The translations under genes were made by a program, and so were the position numbers. The notes under the pieces are model-generated. The model saw nothing but the letters and a program-made list of their open reading frames with translations. It made no database searches and was not told where the DNA came from. A stretch of 63,971 nucleotides of DNA, filler included, from Octopus bimaculoides (Eukaryota), in the NCBI RefSeq assembly GCF_001194135.2. It is 6 parts of 5 records of this genome, joined end to end, with 100 filler letters (N's around TTAATTAATTAA, not from the genome) between each part and the next. Parts side by side here need not be neighbours in the genome. Positions count along the whole stretch, not along the records: positions 20,304 to 47,209 come from NC_068986.1; 5 more parts are not named here. One strand, 5' to 3'. Below are positions 25,761-38,899 of this stretch, in pieces. Position 1 is the stretch's first letter. Each line of letters opens with the position of its first letter.

Positions 25761-26039
25761 CGCTGCATTTGTAGCTTTTAGTTAGTTTATCAGAAAGGTT
25801 ACGAGGAGGCGACTACAGAGAATCGAATCCTGTATCTTCAGATGCCTGTTAAGCTCTCTATACCACAGAGAAAGCAGTTATAGGCAAAACCACGAGAACG
25901 AATTGACGTCAATAGCCATGGGTGCGCCAATCACTGTGGCATATTTCATTTGAAGTTTAAAAATGAATATAAATTTTCTTTGGCTCTGAAATAGAGAAAG
26001 GAAAAAAAACAAAAACTGACGTCTTTTAGTTATTTATAA

Positions 26040-26719
26040 CAACAGAAAAACATAAAGCGCAATGTGACAAAAGGACTCGTTTAATACAAAAGGGTTCGAA
26101 TGTGATTAACGCATGATGCGACTTTTCCTACAAGCGATTATTTATTTAGTTCAAGTGTAGAAGTATAAATTAGTGACTCTAAATATACATATGAGTCTTT
26201 AAAAAATCTTTAATAGTCAGCTAGTATTTTAAGGCATGTTGTTATTACCCCATTCGATTGTGGCGTAATAAAAACTGTGATTAATTGACACCAGCTGTTT
26301 ATTAGTACTGGAGGTGTTACATTAGATATAAATATGCATCGTTTTCGCATTCGCCATTCTTTCAATTTTCCTCGCCGCTTCTCCTTTAGGTAAACGTAAG
26401 TGGACAACTATCAATATATTATTTTCATAAGAAATTTGTTTGATTCCATGACTGCTTTGAATTATAGCTCAGAATTTGTTCATCAATGTATTCTTTTAAT
26501 ATATAAAATGAGAAACGCGTCTAATATAAAGTTTTCAAGCAGTATCTTGATCTGGTTTTATTAATTAAGAAAAGAAATTATGAGGTCTGTATCTAAATTA
26601 ATTGTATTTTCTCTGATTCTGTTTGTGAATATACGTCTTTGTGCGTTTGTATCTATCAATCTATCCATCTATCTCTATGTCTGTCTATCTATCTATCTGT
26701 CTGTTTGTCTGTCTGTCAG

Positions 26720-26752
<33 letters not shown>

Positions 26753-26860
26753 ATGTCTTTCTATCATCTACCTTCCTGGATACTGTATTTACTCGAAACA
26801 TGCAGTTGGTAGTGACTTAAGCGTTAATAACATGCGTATTAATAACAATTCTGACACTAA
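26040..26860 (+). mobile_element. Unclassified interspersed repeat (family U), copy 2, with internal (CTAT)n
   Basis: Colinear with 36975-37700 from aatgtgattaacgcat through tactgtatttactcgaaaca...catgcgtat. Confidence 0.7.
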
Positions 26861-26934
26861 CCCATACGCTTGTGGTATTGACGGTGGAGCTAAGTCAATG
26901 TGTGAACTTAGGAAAATGGTGATATAATTGTTGA

Positions 26935-27062
26935 GTTGTCGACTTTGCTTTTGCTACTGTCGAGATCGATAAAATAAGAAACAGATGAGCACTGGAGTCG
27001 ATATAATCGAGTTGCTCACTACACCCAAATCGCTGGCCTCGTGCCAAAATTTGAAACCAATA
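26935..27062 (+). mobile_element. SINE family A, 3' part
   Basis: gtcgactttgc...gagcactggagtcgat...ggcctcgtgccaaaatttgaaaccaa. Confidence 0.8.
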
Positions 27063-28975
27063 TGACTAGTATTGGTAACTGTAATAATTGTAAGAGTATG
27101 ACATTATGATAGGAGAATAATTATAATACTAAATATGAGCTGGCTAGTCAAGCGTCGATGTTATCCCGGAGTACATAAGCTGACTAGATAGCGCAAAGGT
27201 TCACGTGGCTGTTGCGGGCAGAAAGCCAAGGTGTCACTTTTGCGGGGATACAAATCACATCAGAGCTTTCTGCCCACAAAAAAAAGGAAATGAGCCCTTC
27301 AATTTGCCGACACCACCACCACCACCACCATCAGAAAAGCAATAACAGCAAATGTATGTGCCTACTACAGCTGCAAAAATAATAGTAACAGTAGTAGCAA
27401 CAAAAACAACAAGAGCAACAGTAGAAGCAACAGTAGTAGCGGCAACAACATAGACAACTGTGGAAGAAACAGTAAGAAACATAACTAAGACAGCAGCTTT
27501 AAAACAACAACTTTATGAACAGAAAACGACAAAAAAAGGTCCGTAAGATTCGCTCCTCGCGTGTTAGGAGCTATCCTAACATGTTCTGCAGTGAGGGAAA
27601 GCAAGAATACTCTAATTGAGAAAATGTTCCAAGATCAAACAAAAGAAGAGATAACCAAGGTGGCACAAAAAACTGACAAGTATGTGAGAGAGTGCATATG
27701 TTCGCCTATACGTATATATACATATATATATATGTGTGTGTGTGAGCGTATATATATATATATAACGTGAGAGAGTTAGTATACTGCTGGAAGGGTACCC
27801 AATTATTGCTACACTAGTGCTATACTAGGTGCAATCAATGGGAGCGGGTAAAAGTGGAGGTTTTACCCAAAATTTGTGTAACAATTAGAAAATGGAGGAT
27901 AATATGCTGAACCCAACTACTTGCAGACGGTGTATCCCGTTGAATTCATTAATTTAATTCATAGCAAAAATGACAAAAAAAGGAAGAAAAGAAAAAGAAA
28001 GAAAGAACCAAAGCACAGGTGTCTATGGCAGACTATGTTATTTTGCCAACCTGGTTTACATATAGAAGTACAAAGTGCATAAGGAACTAGAGGATGAACA
28101 GAAGTTTAATCTTACAGCTGTTTTGGCCTAGTTTTAGCAAGCCCCATTCTATCCGAATATTCCTTTAAAAATAAAAAGATAAAGAGAGCAATGGTAAGGA
28201 TGGAGAAATATTTTATACACGCTAATACACGACTTATAATCCCCAGTCCTATTCATACAACGACTGGGGCAAAACTAGTCGGTATACAGCACTTACTCGG
28301 TATTACCTGTATCCTCTTGGGTTTGGTTAAACCCAATACCCTCCTCAACCTCATATANNNNNNNNNNNNNNNNNNNNNNNNNNNNNNNNNNNNNNNNNNN
28401 NNNNNNNNNNNNNNNNNNNNNNNNNNNNNNNNNNNNNNNNNNNNNNNNNNNNNNNNNNTATATATATATAAATAGAGGCGTTATGAGTAAATTTATACAC
28501 ACACATATATATGTAAATATATATATATATATATATATGTATATATTTATGTGTGTGTATGTGCGTGTGTATTTATATAAATGCTGTATGAGTGTGTTTG
28601 TGAGAGTGTATATGTGTAGGGGTGACTCTGTGTGTGTGTTTGTGTGTGTGGTGATACTTGCAAAATTGGACTCATCTAAACAAGATAATCAGGTGCCTAA
28701 CCCAACACTGAACCGGGTTGATAAATTTGGACTGAGAGTGTTGAGCTTTGCATCATCCAGCTGTCCCTATTGAAATTTCAATGAGAATCTGAAAACCACA
28801 GTAAAGATAAGCTGTTTGTTGGGCACGTTATCCTGTATATTTCATATTTATTCTATAATCATTAAAAGAGGAATTTTTCTGATGCTTTGATCATAGAGTT
28901 ATATATTCTATGTAATATATTCAGAAACATTATTCTCTAACCCTTCACTTCCTCACTCTTTTCTTCCCTCCTCTC

Positions 28976-29045
<70 letters not shown>

Positions 29046-29048
29046 GCG

Positions 29049-29250
29049 CACACAATAAGCCTTCGCTATGCGGATAGAAACACGATTTGCATACCACGTG
29101 GTTTCGTGTAGAGTCTCATAGAACAGTACATTGGGCACATGTCTTCTACTATAGCCACGGGCCAACCAATGCTATGTGAGTGAATTTGGTAGCCAGAAAC
29201 TGTGTAGAATCTCGTCATATATATATGTGTGTGTGGGTGTGTTTGTGTGT
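29049..29250 (+). mobile_element. SINE family B, diverged 5' half
   Basis: ttgggcacatgtcttctactatagccacgggccaacc...gtgaatttggtagccagaaactg. Confidence 0.7.
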
Positions 29251-29654
29251 ATGTATGTACGTATGTATAATAAATGATGCTGAAATAGAAAGGAAGATAG
29301 AGCCAAACTTACTGACTTTACTTCAAAAGGATAAAATATACGCAGAAAGAAATAAAAGAAAAATACAAGTAAAGGAATTGCTTAATAGTCTTATACTGAC
29401 AGCCGTTTCGGGTGAACTATACTTCATGCCGTAAGACACATTGAGCCTATTTATCTTTATAGGAATTTCTACTTCACAATTCGCTCAACGTGGATTGTTA
29501 TTTTAGCCTAGTTTGTGCAACAGTCCTGGATATAGTTAGAACTTGTCATTTATCTGAGTACTACTTCGCTTCGTGAATATCAATACTACAGTTAAGAGTG
29601 TGTGTGTGTGTGTGTCTGTGTGTTGTGTGTGTATGTTGTGTGTGTGTGTGTGTG

Positions 29655-29701
<47 letters not shown>

Positions 29702-29943
29702 TCTATTTGATCCTGTGTGTGTCAGAGTACCTGTGAGCTTGTGTGGTTTGCTAAAACTTGCCTGATCATGACAAACAGTTTGCGTATGACCTTAAGTTCG
29801 GTGAGTTCTTGTATCACAGACCTGGGTTTTATTTACGATCCTGATTATTCTCATAATTAAAAAGGGGAAGATATTACCCACCGAAAAATATTCCCAAATA
29901 TGTCAAAACGTAATTAGTTACTCGCACACACAGACACACACAT

Positions 29944-29996
<53 letters not shown>

Positions 29997-31280
29997 GGGA
30001 AANNNNNNNNNNNNNNNNNNNNNNNNNNNNNNNNNNNNNNNNNNNNNNNNNNNNNNNNNNNNNNNNNNNNNNNNNNNNNNNNNNNNNNNNNNNNNNNNNN
30101 NNNNNNNNNNNNNNNNNNNNNNNNNNNNNNNNNNNNNNNNNNNNNNNNNNNNNNNNNNNNNNNNNNNNNNNNNNNNNNNNNNNNNNNNNNNNNNNNNNNN
30201 NNNNNNNNNNNNNNNNNNNNNNNNNNNNNNNNNNNNNNNNNNNNNNNNNNNNNNNNNNNNNNNNNNNNNNNNNNNNNNNNNNNNNNNNNNNNNNNNNNNN
30301 NNNNNNNNNNNNNNNNNNNNNNNNNNNNNNNNNNNNNNNNNNNNNNNNNNNNNNNNNNNNNNNNNNNNNNNNNNNNNNNNNNNNNNNNNNNNNNNNNNNN
30401 NNNNNNNNNNNNNNNNNNNNNNNNNNNNNNNNNNNNNNNNNNNNNNNNNNNNNNNNNNNNNNNNNNNNNNNNNNNNNNNNNNNNNNNNNNNNNNNNNNNN
30501 NNNNNNNNNNNNNNNNNNNNNNNNNNNNNNNNNNNNNNNNNNNNNNNNNNNNNNNNNNNNNNNNNNNNNNNNNNNNNNNNNNNNNNNNNNNNNNNNNNNN
30601 NNNNNNNNNNNNNNNNNNNNNNNNNNNNNNNNNNNNNNNNNNNNNNNNNNNNNNNNNNNNNNNNNNNNNNNNNNNNNNNNNNNNNNNNNNNNNNNNNNNN
30701 NNNNNNNNNNNNNNNNNNNNNNNNNNNNNNNNNNNNNNNNNNNNNNNNNNNNNNNNNNNNNNNNNNATAGGTACACACATTTGTATGTATGTACGAAATT
30801 TGCGTATGTCTCATCGATTTCGTTTGTCAACTATTTTCCATTCCAATACTCTCTTCTATACGATTCGCAAGTACGCGGTTCTAACTAATCATATTAATAC
30901 AAGACAAATATGAGAAAAAGTCAGGTAAATAAGATGGACCTGGTGTAGGAAGAATTGAATTAGATAATTAGTTCCGTTCCACCTCGAGAATTCTGTTTGT
31001 TATTACAAGAAAGCTTCCATTCTTGTCACCTTCTATAAAGGAATCACCTAGATTGCTGGCTTTGACAATCCTGTATCCCAATCGGTCGCATAGATGGTCA
31101 CTTGCTTGATCGTTTATATTGAACCTGTCATCAATATTGAACCTGTCAACATAGATCAATTCGTCCACTAAACCAATTAATATATATATATATATATGTA
31201 TATATATATCCCTCTCTTGTTCTTCATCCTTTCTGTTTTTCTTTCCCATCTTTTCCCTATTCTTCTCTCCCTTTCACCGT

Positions 31281-31320
<40 letters not shown>

Positions 31321-32957
31321 TCTCTCTCTCCCTCTCTCTCTCTCTCTCTCCTTCTTCCTCCTTGACCCTCTCGTAGCTGACACGTGACGAAAGGGAATGT
31401 CTCTTTCTGTTCACTGCCTTCTTATAGAAAAGACGTATTTTTCTCTCTCTTCTCTGATGCATGTCTATCTTAGCATTCATAATAATTTTTCTATCGTTTT
31501 GGCTTAACAGCCCTCACTGTTTGTTTTTACTGTCTTGTTCTTACTGTCCTGTTTTTACTATTATTACTGTCTTGTTCTCACTGTCCTGTTCTTGTTAACA
31601 CTTTCACCCTCCGCAAAAAATTCCAAATTTTATATAATTTGCTTTGCGAGAAGGACCGTTCCAACGAAGTCGTGTATTGTAATTGCCTTCGAAACGCGGA
31701 GTAGATGGAACAGGAGCAACTAACGAAGGGATATACTTTTCATGTTGAATGTCTCATTTCTCTGTTTGTTTTTTCGTTGTTCGAAAAAGTTCATTTTCTG
31801 TTTTCGTCTTTATGTTTTCGTTTCTCATTGTGTTTAACGTTATTTTTTATGTCCTGTACCCATATATGCATGTATGTATACATGTAGATGTAGGTATGTA
31901 CATATATGTATGGATATATGCATATGTTTATATATTATTTATATTATTATATATATATATATAATGTATTGAATGTAGATGAAATATTGAGTGTTCAATA
32001 TAAAGGATCAAATATATAAATATATAAATATATAAATATNNNNNNNNNNNNNNNNNNNNNNNNNNNNNNNNNNNNNNNNNNNNNNNNNNNNNNNNNNNNN
32101 NNNNNNNNNNNNNNNNNNNNNNNNNNNNNNNNNNNNNNNNNNNNNNNNNNNNNNNNNNNNNNNNNNNNNNNNNNNNNNNNNNNNNNNNNNNNNNNNNNNN
32201 NNNNNNNNNNNNNNNNNNNNNNNNNNNNNNNNNNNNNNNNNNNNNNNNNNNNNNNNNNNNNNNNNNNNNNNNNNNNNNNNNNNNNNNNNNNNNNNNNNNN
32301 NNNNNNNNNNNNNNNNNNNNNNNNNNNNNNNNNNNNNNNNNNNNNNNNNNNNNNNNNNNNNNNNNNNNNNNNNNNNNNNNNNNNNNNNNNNNNNNNNNNN
32401 NNNNNNNNNNNNNNNNNNNNNNNNNNNNNNNNNNNNNNNNNNNNNNNNNNNNNNNNNNNNNNNNNNNNNNNNNNNNNNNNNNNNNNNNNNNNNNNNNNNN
32501 NNNNNNNNNNNNNNNNNNNNNNNNNNNNNNNNNNNNNNNNNNNNNNNNNNNNNNNNNNNNNNNNNNNNNNNNNNNNNNNNNNNNNNNNNNNNNNNNNNNN
32601 NNNNNNNNNNNNNNNNNNNNNNNNNNNNNNNNNNNNNNNNNNNNNNNNNNNNNNNNNNNNNNNNNNNNNNNNNNNNNNNNNNNNNNNNNNNNNNNNNNNN
32701 NNNNNNNNNNNNNNNNNNNNNNNNNNNNNNNNNNNNNNNNNNNNNNNNNNNNNNNNNNNNNNNNNNNNNNNNNNNNNNNNNNNNNNNNNNNNNNNNNNNN
32801 NNNNNNNNNNNNNNNNNNNNNNNNNNNNNNNNNNNNNNNNAAAATTAACACCAAATATACAGTGCGTGTGTTTTTATTGGCTAAACTGGCAATATGACCA
32901 TCCCCGAGTACAACAACATCTGTTTCAACACACGATTTCACATAAAAAATCTTGCAA

Positions 32958-32995
<38 letters not shown>

Positions 32996-33264
32996 TTTTC
33001 AGGTTCACACATTTGTACACACCTAAATACATAGAACTCGTATTGGAATAGATACGCACGGACACACGCCCTCACAAACACATGCACACACACACACACA
33101 TGCACACAAATGCACACAAATGCACAAACATATATCCATGTGTATCTGATAGTTTATTTGCACAGACATATTCCAATATTTTGATATGCTTGTTGTATAC
33201 ATGTGTGTGTCTGTGTGTGTGTAGATATAGATGTGTATGTATCTTTATATACATACATACATGC

Positions 33265-33326
<62 letters not shown>

Positions 33327-33670
33327 NNNNNNNNNNNNNNNNNNNNNNNNNNNNNNNNNNNNNNNNNNNNNNNNNNNNNNNNNNNNNNNNNNNNNNNNNN
33401 NNNNNNNNNNNNNNNNNNNNNNNNNNNNNNNNNNNNNNNNNNNNNNNNNNNNNNNNNNNNNNNNNNNNNNNNNNNNNNNNNNNNNNNNNNNNNNNNNNNN
33501 NNNNNNNNNNNNNNNNNNNNNNNNNNNNNNNNNNNNNNNNNNNNNNNTTTTTAATGACATTTTCTACAAATATACCTCCGACTCTGTAGATTCCGAGAAC
33601 ATTAGAATTTGGGGGAAAAATCCATTGGGGGTTACTTTTGAGGACCGTTCTCCACTGGGGGTGTTTCGGA

Positions 33671-33767
33671 AGTCTTAGATTGCAAGAAGTCTTAGATTGT
33701 AAGAAGTCTTAGATTGTAAGAAGTCTTAGATTGTAAGAAGTCTTAGATTGTAAGAAGTCTTAGATTG
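33671..33767. repeat. 17-bp minisatellite (agtcttagattgtaaga) x5.7
   Basis: Units start at 33671, 33688, 33705, 33722, 33739 and 33756; one substitution. Confidence 0.9.
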
Positions 33768-35529
33768 GTTGTCATCTCCACTAATTCCACATGATCGCAA
33801 AAATGATTTCTTTAGAGTTGCATCAACAATTTGTCACCTTACGCCATTATTTTGAAGTAGAATATTTTGCTCTCGTGATACTCTAACGAGTTGGTCATGT
33901 GTAGCGGAAACAGAATCATGTCCACATCTCTGGACATGTTCAGACATCTGTTTCAGTCGCTTTGCCCTGGTTTCATCTGATTCAGTTGCCCGTCTTTCTT
34001 TCTGCTGGTGTGCATTTGCTGCTAAATTTTCTTTTTCTGTCGCATCTTGATAATACTAAAACTATACGGATGTTTGTGCGTAACTGAAATATCTCAGAAA
34101 TAGTATAGTTTACCTTAATTGTTTTTTACATATTTAATTTCATACTTATCTTCGGCAATGCAGTACAAATTTTTGTGACATTTGGACCTGTATTTAAACG
34201 ATTAAACACAATTTTTGTTATTTCTTGACGAAAAAATACATAGCTTCCATGACGTCAACACACATACACCCATACAGAATACACACACATATAATGAATG
34301 TCATGGCATGTCAATCAACACAAACACACGTCCGCTTTCTGTGACATATACACACACATAAACCTTGCGCTCTCTAAGAAAAAAACCGTCGACTTTTTGA
34401 TGTACACAATAATTTAATCATTCAGAAATATTTTTAACTGAATGTGATTTCATCATCCGGAGTTCGTTAATTTCTGTAAAAATGTATGTACGTGTATATG
34501 AAATGGACGTGTGTGTATGTGAAAGAGATAAATAGATAGAAAGAGAGAGTGTGAGTGAGTGAGTGAAGGAGTGTGTATGTATGCATGTATGTATGTCATT
34601 ATTCAGTTTATTTCGAGATTTCTTGCCAATAGAGAAAGAAATGGTTTCTAACCTAGATCCAAAGTTCCTTCATTGGAATTTCAACATCAACAACAGGGTA
34701 TTTTTGTATTATGTACGTATATATGCATGTATGTATGTATGTATGTATGTATGTATGTTTGTATGTATGCATGTATGTATGTACGTATGTATGTACATAT
34801 GTGCAGATTTGTGTCTTTTATGTATGTATGTATTCTCATGAATATAGTTGCATACCTAGACATGCCCATACATGATACACTTCTGGAAAGTTTTAAACGA
34901 TACACTTGTGGAAATGTTTACAGATTTTTACAGTTCCATTGATGGATTGGATCTGTAGTCTTCCAATTAGCTTTCTTCCTTCTGATTTTGAGAAGCCTAA
35001 TTTCTCAAGATTGGTATTCAGGCAGTGTATGTATGTATGTATGTATGTATGTATGTATGTATGTATGTATGTATGTATGTGCCTTTGTATTTGCTTATGC
35101 GTTTGTATAGATGTTTGTATAGCTAATTAGATACGCATACAATTGTCAGAATGAATGTTTTTGTAAGCTTCTATGTGTTAAACAGAAAAAATAATTAAAT
35201 ATTTATATTTTGGTTTGTGAGTGAGATTAACTTGCCCGATAAATCTCACCAGCTGGCAATTGAATTCATCAAAGTTATAATAACTATATAATTTCATGTC
35301 TGTAAATTTGTGAAGATTTATATTATATTGAGTAAAATGTACATCTTTATAACTAACAAGCCCAGCCAAATTTATTTGCTAATATTTGATTTCACTATAC
35401 ATTAATAATTGTTCTGTATTCCTTATTTTTATAGAAAGAGAAACTGACCAATCTAAAACAGAAGACGAAATCGAATGCAATTCCAAAAGCAGTTTACCAT
35501 AAATTGATGAAGAAGGACATAAGTATCCA

Positions 35530-35870
35530 GGGCTAAGATTCAAGAATTTGCGGAGTACTCGTGCCAAGGGCACCAATCACTATTGGTATTACGTCTACTT
35601 TTTTCATTTCCCTCAACCTGGATATATCCCACATCAATTCATTATAGTTGTTCACTTTTCCTTCTTTCTCCTCTTGGGTGTCGATGTCACCAGTACATGT
35701 TATGTCAATTACCAAACAAGTTTTTTTTTTCTTTTCTGTTCACTACAACAATGTCAGGTTTTCGATATTAATTTTATTGTCACATTGAATCATTGCATCC
35801 GACAAAATTTTGCAATCCTCTTTCTCAGTAATTCCTTCTGGAATTTGGTCATACCACGTCTTTGATCTTC
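35530..35870 (-). mobile_element. Decayed R4/Dong-clade LINE fragment (RLE domain)
   Basis: Peptides KPDIVV..LVIDITCTGDIDTQEEKEGKVNNYNELMWDISRLREMKKVDVIPIVIGALGT, then ARVLRKFL. Confidence 0.8.
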
Positions 35871-36065
35871 CTAAAAGTAAAAAAAAAAACATCAGAAGAA
35901 GATTAAAACTATTGAAAGAAATGTTGTCAGCAACATTGAGCGTGGGATGTATATGAGTATCTATCTATCTCTCAATCTATCTATCTTTCTGTCTATGTAT
36001 TTGTCTAGATGATATTTATATATATATATGTGTGTGTGTGTGTATGTGTGTACATACATACATAT

Positions 36066-36126
<61 letters not shown>

Positions 36127-36974
36127 NNNNNNNNNNNNNNNNNNNNNNNNNNNNNNNNNNNNNNNNNNNNNNNNNNNNNNNNNNNNNNNNNNNNNNNNNN
36201 NNNNNNNNNNNNNNNNNNNNNNNNNNNNNNNNNNNNNNNNNNNNNNNNNNNNNNNNNNNNNNNNNNNNNNNNNNNNNNNNNNNNNNNNNNNNNNNNNNNN
36301 NNNNNNNNNNNNNNNNNNNNNNNNNNNNNNNNNNNNNNNNNNNNNNNNNNNNNNNNNNNNNNNNNNNNNNNNNNNNNNNNNNNNNNNNNNNNNNNNNNNN
36401 NNNNNNNNNNNNNNNNNNNNNNNNNNNNNNNNNNNNNNNNNNNNNNNNNNNNNNNNNNNNNNNNNNNNNNNNNNNNNNNNNNNNNNNNNNNNNNNNNNNN
36501 NNNNNNNNNNNNNNNNNNNNNNNNNNNNNNNNNNNAAAAGGAGTGGAGGAAGTAGAATAAAAGTGAGCAACGGGAGGTAGAGAGAGAGAGAGAGATAGTA
36601 GTAGTAACGGTGAGAGGCGAAGGACGAGTAACAAGAGATAGAGAGAGAGAGAAGTAGTGAAAGGTAGAGGCGAAGAACAGTAGAGGGAAGAATGAGAGGG
36701 GGAGATAGAAATAGAGAGAGTCGCGTTAGAAAAATAGTTAAAGCATACTGTATAAAGGTAACGCGTGCGTTCTGTCGTGATACAAACAATATATGAGTAT
36801 ATGCATATGTATGTACATGTATGTATATACGTTCATCTACATGTACATATAGATACATAACTGGGTACATGACGTGGCAATGATATTATGCATTATGGTG
36901 CGTCGATGGGTGCAAACTTGTTTTTAGTGGAAAGCAATAACTTACGCCTTTTAGTCATTCATATCAACAATAAA

Positions 36975-37700
36975 TGTAGAGCGAAATCTGAAAGAAAGAA
37001 TTAATTAATACACTGTGAATAGAATGTGATTAACGCATAATGCGACTATTCATGTAAGTGACAAATTTATGTAATTCAGTTCTAGAATTACTTCAATTCT
37101 CTGTAAGACACAAATGAAATCTTCAGCTGTTAGCTATATTTTATGCCTTGACATTATAACCTCATTCGCTTTGGGGATAATTAAAGCTGTGATTTATTGT
37201 CTCAAGTTTTTTATTAGCATTGGCGGTGTTACATTAGATATAAATACGCATCAATTTTGCATTCGTTATTCTTTCAAATTCCGTCACTCCTTTCTATTTT
37301 TTGACATACGTAAGTGAAATTTTAAACATTTTATTTTTATAATTAATTTAATATGAAATGTATACATTACTGCTTTCAATTATAACTCAGATATAGTTTT
37401 AAAATGTTAATCTATTCGTCAATCATTTTTTACAAATGTTTAATTAATACAAGAAATCAGAAACAAGTCTAATATAAAGTTATCTATCAGCATTTTGATT
37501 TGATTTTATTGGTAAAAGAACGAAAGTATAAAGTTTATATCTAAATTAATTTTATTTTCTCTGTTTTTGTATGTTAATATATGTCTGTGTGCGTTTGTAT
37601 CAATGAATTACTTTATCTATCTATCATCTGCCTTCTAAGATACTGTATTTACTCGAAACAACGAGCGGGTAGTGGCTTACGTGTTAACAGCATGCGTATC
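36975..37700 (+). mobile_element. Unclassified interspersed repeat (family U), copy 3
   Basis: Colinear similarity to 26040-26860. Confidence 0.7.
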
Positions 37701-38321
37701 AACCCATTACCTGCCAAATTTTTTAATATTTATTTTGCTTTGCCAGGTGTCTTAAGAGTTAAAATAATATTTAGTATTTAAATTTTCTTCTTATGCTAGC
37801 TATTTTGTAAATTATAATAAATTCTTATGAATAAATATGAATAAATTTTTTTTCGGAAAGTCTCAAATTGAGATCGCTGAAAATAAGCATATTTATCCTT
37901 TTTCTATTCAATTGCAATAATAAACATTTTAGTCATTTTGAAACTATAGTATCAAATGCGAATGTGAATGAAATATCGATGAATGATATAGATAGGAAAT
38001 GCAAAAAGCAAAAACAAGAAGTTTTCAAAAATTTGCGACTTATGACATAAATTAGCCAGAGCTAATAATAACAAACATTAACTATTAAATATTGTTAAAC
38101 ACACCTCTGCAAATGCAATGTACATAAGAAAATTATTTTAAATACAACGAACAACCGGCAGTGAGACAGTTTTTAGCAGATCCCCAAAAAGGGTTTCATG
38201 GCAGGCAATGGGTTACTAGCAATCCTTTATACTAGAATGTATGCTCGCCATATTGATGGGGGAGATAATTCAGGATGTGAAAGGAAGCAAATGGTAATAT
38301 GACTACTAAGTTATTGTCCTT

Positions 38322-38433
38322 GACTTTCATCCTTTTCAGGTTCAATTAACATGAGTACCAGTTGAGCACTAGGGGTCTATGTAATCGACTTACCAACTCC
38401 CCCAAATCGCTGGTCTCATGCCCGTATTTGAAA
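38322..38433 (+). mobile_element. SINE family A, 3' part
   Basis: gactttcatcctttt...gtaccagttgagcactagggg...gtaatcgacttacc...tttgaaac. Confidence 0.75.
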
Positions 38434-38698
38434 CGTGTGATATGGTCAGTAATAGTGGTCACCGTAATAATAATTGTAGTATGAATATTAATAATGGCGA
38501 TTATGATAGGAAAATAATCTTAATAACGAAATTAAATCAAACAACTGTACTATTAATTATAATAAAAATCATGAATATGATACTAAAAGTAAGAAGCAAT
38601 GTATCAAATCTTCGTTTTCTAACAATAATGTAAATTGTGATAAACGTACTAATGATATTAATTCAGATAGATAACAAATGGCACTCTTCTTTTAATTT

Positions 38699-38829
38699 TG
38701 ACTCTGTATCTTCAGGAGGAGTTACCTCAATCCTTTCTATATTAACCAAAATGAAGTAGATTGACAAATTTATTTTTTGAACTAGTTGAAGAAAGGATTG
38801 AGGTAACTCCTCCTGAAGATATAGAGTCA
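38699..38829. repeat. Inverted repeat: 40-bp arms (1 mismatch) around a 51-nt spacer
   Basis: tgactctgtatcttcaggaggagttacctcaatcctttct / agaaaggattgaggtaactcctcctgaagatatagagtca. Confidence 0.9.
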
Positions 38830-38899
38830 GCGATTGACCTTGCAGGTGAGGCCCAGTTAGAATTTTCTTCAATTAAGTAACCCATCGGCTTAACATGAA

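Noticed and set aside
25805-25875. tRNA-like sequence on the minus strand, and the tRNA-like SINE heads
   Set aside because: They lack a complete cloverleaf and acceptor stem; they are SINE-derived, so no tRNA genes are called.
33671-33767. 17-bp repeats considered as a CRISPR-like array
   Set aside because: The units are contiguous with no spacers in a eukaryotic genome: an ordinary minisatellite.
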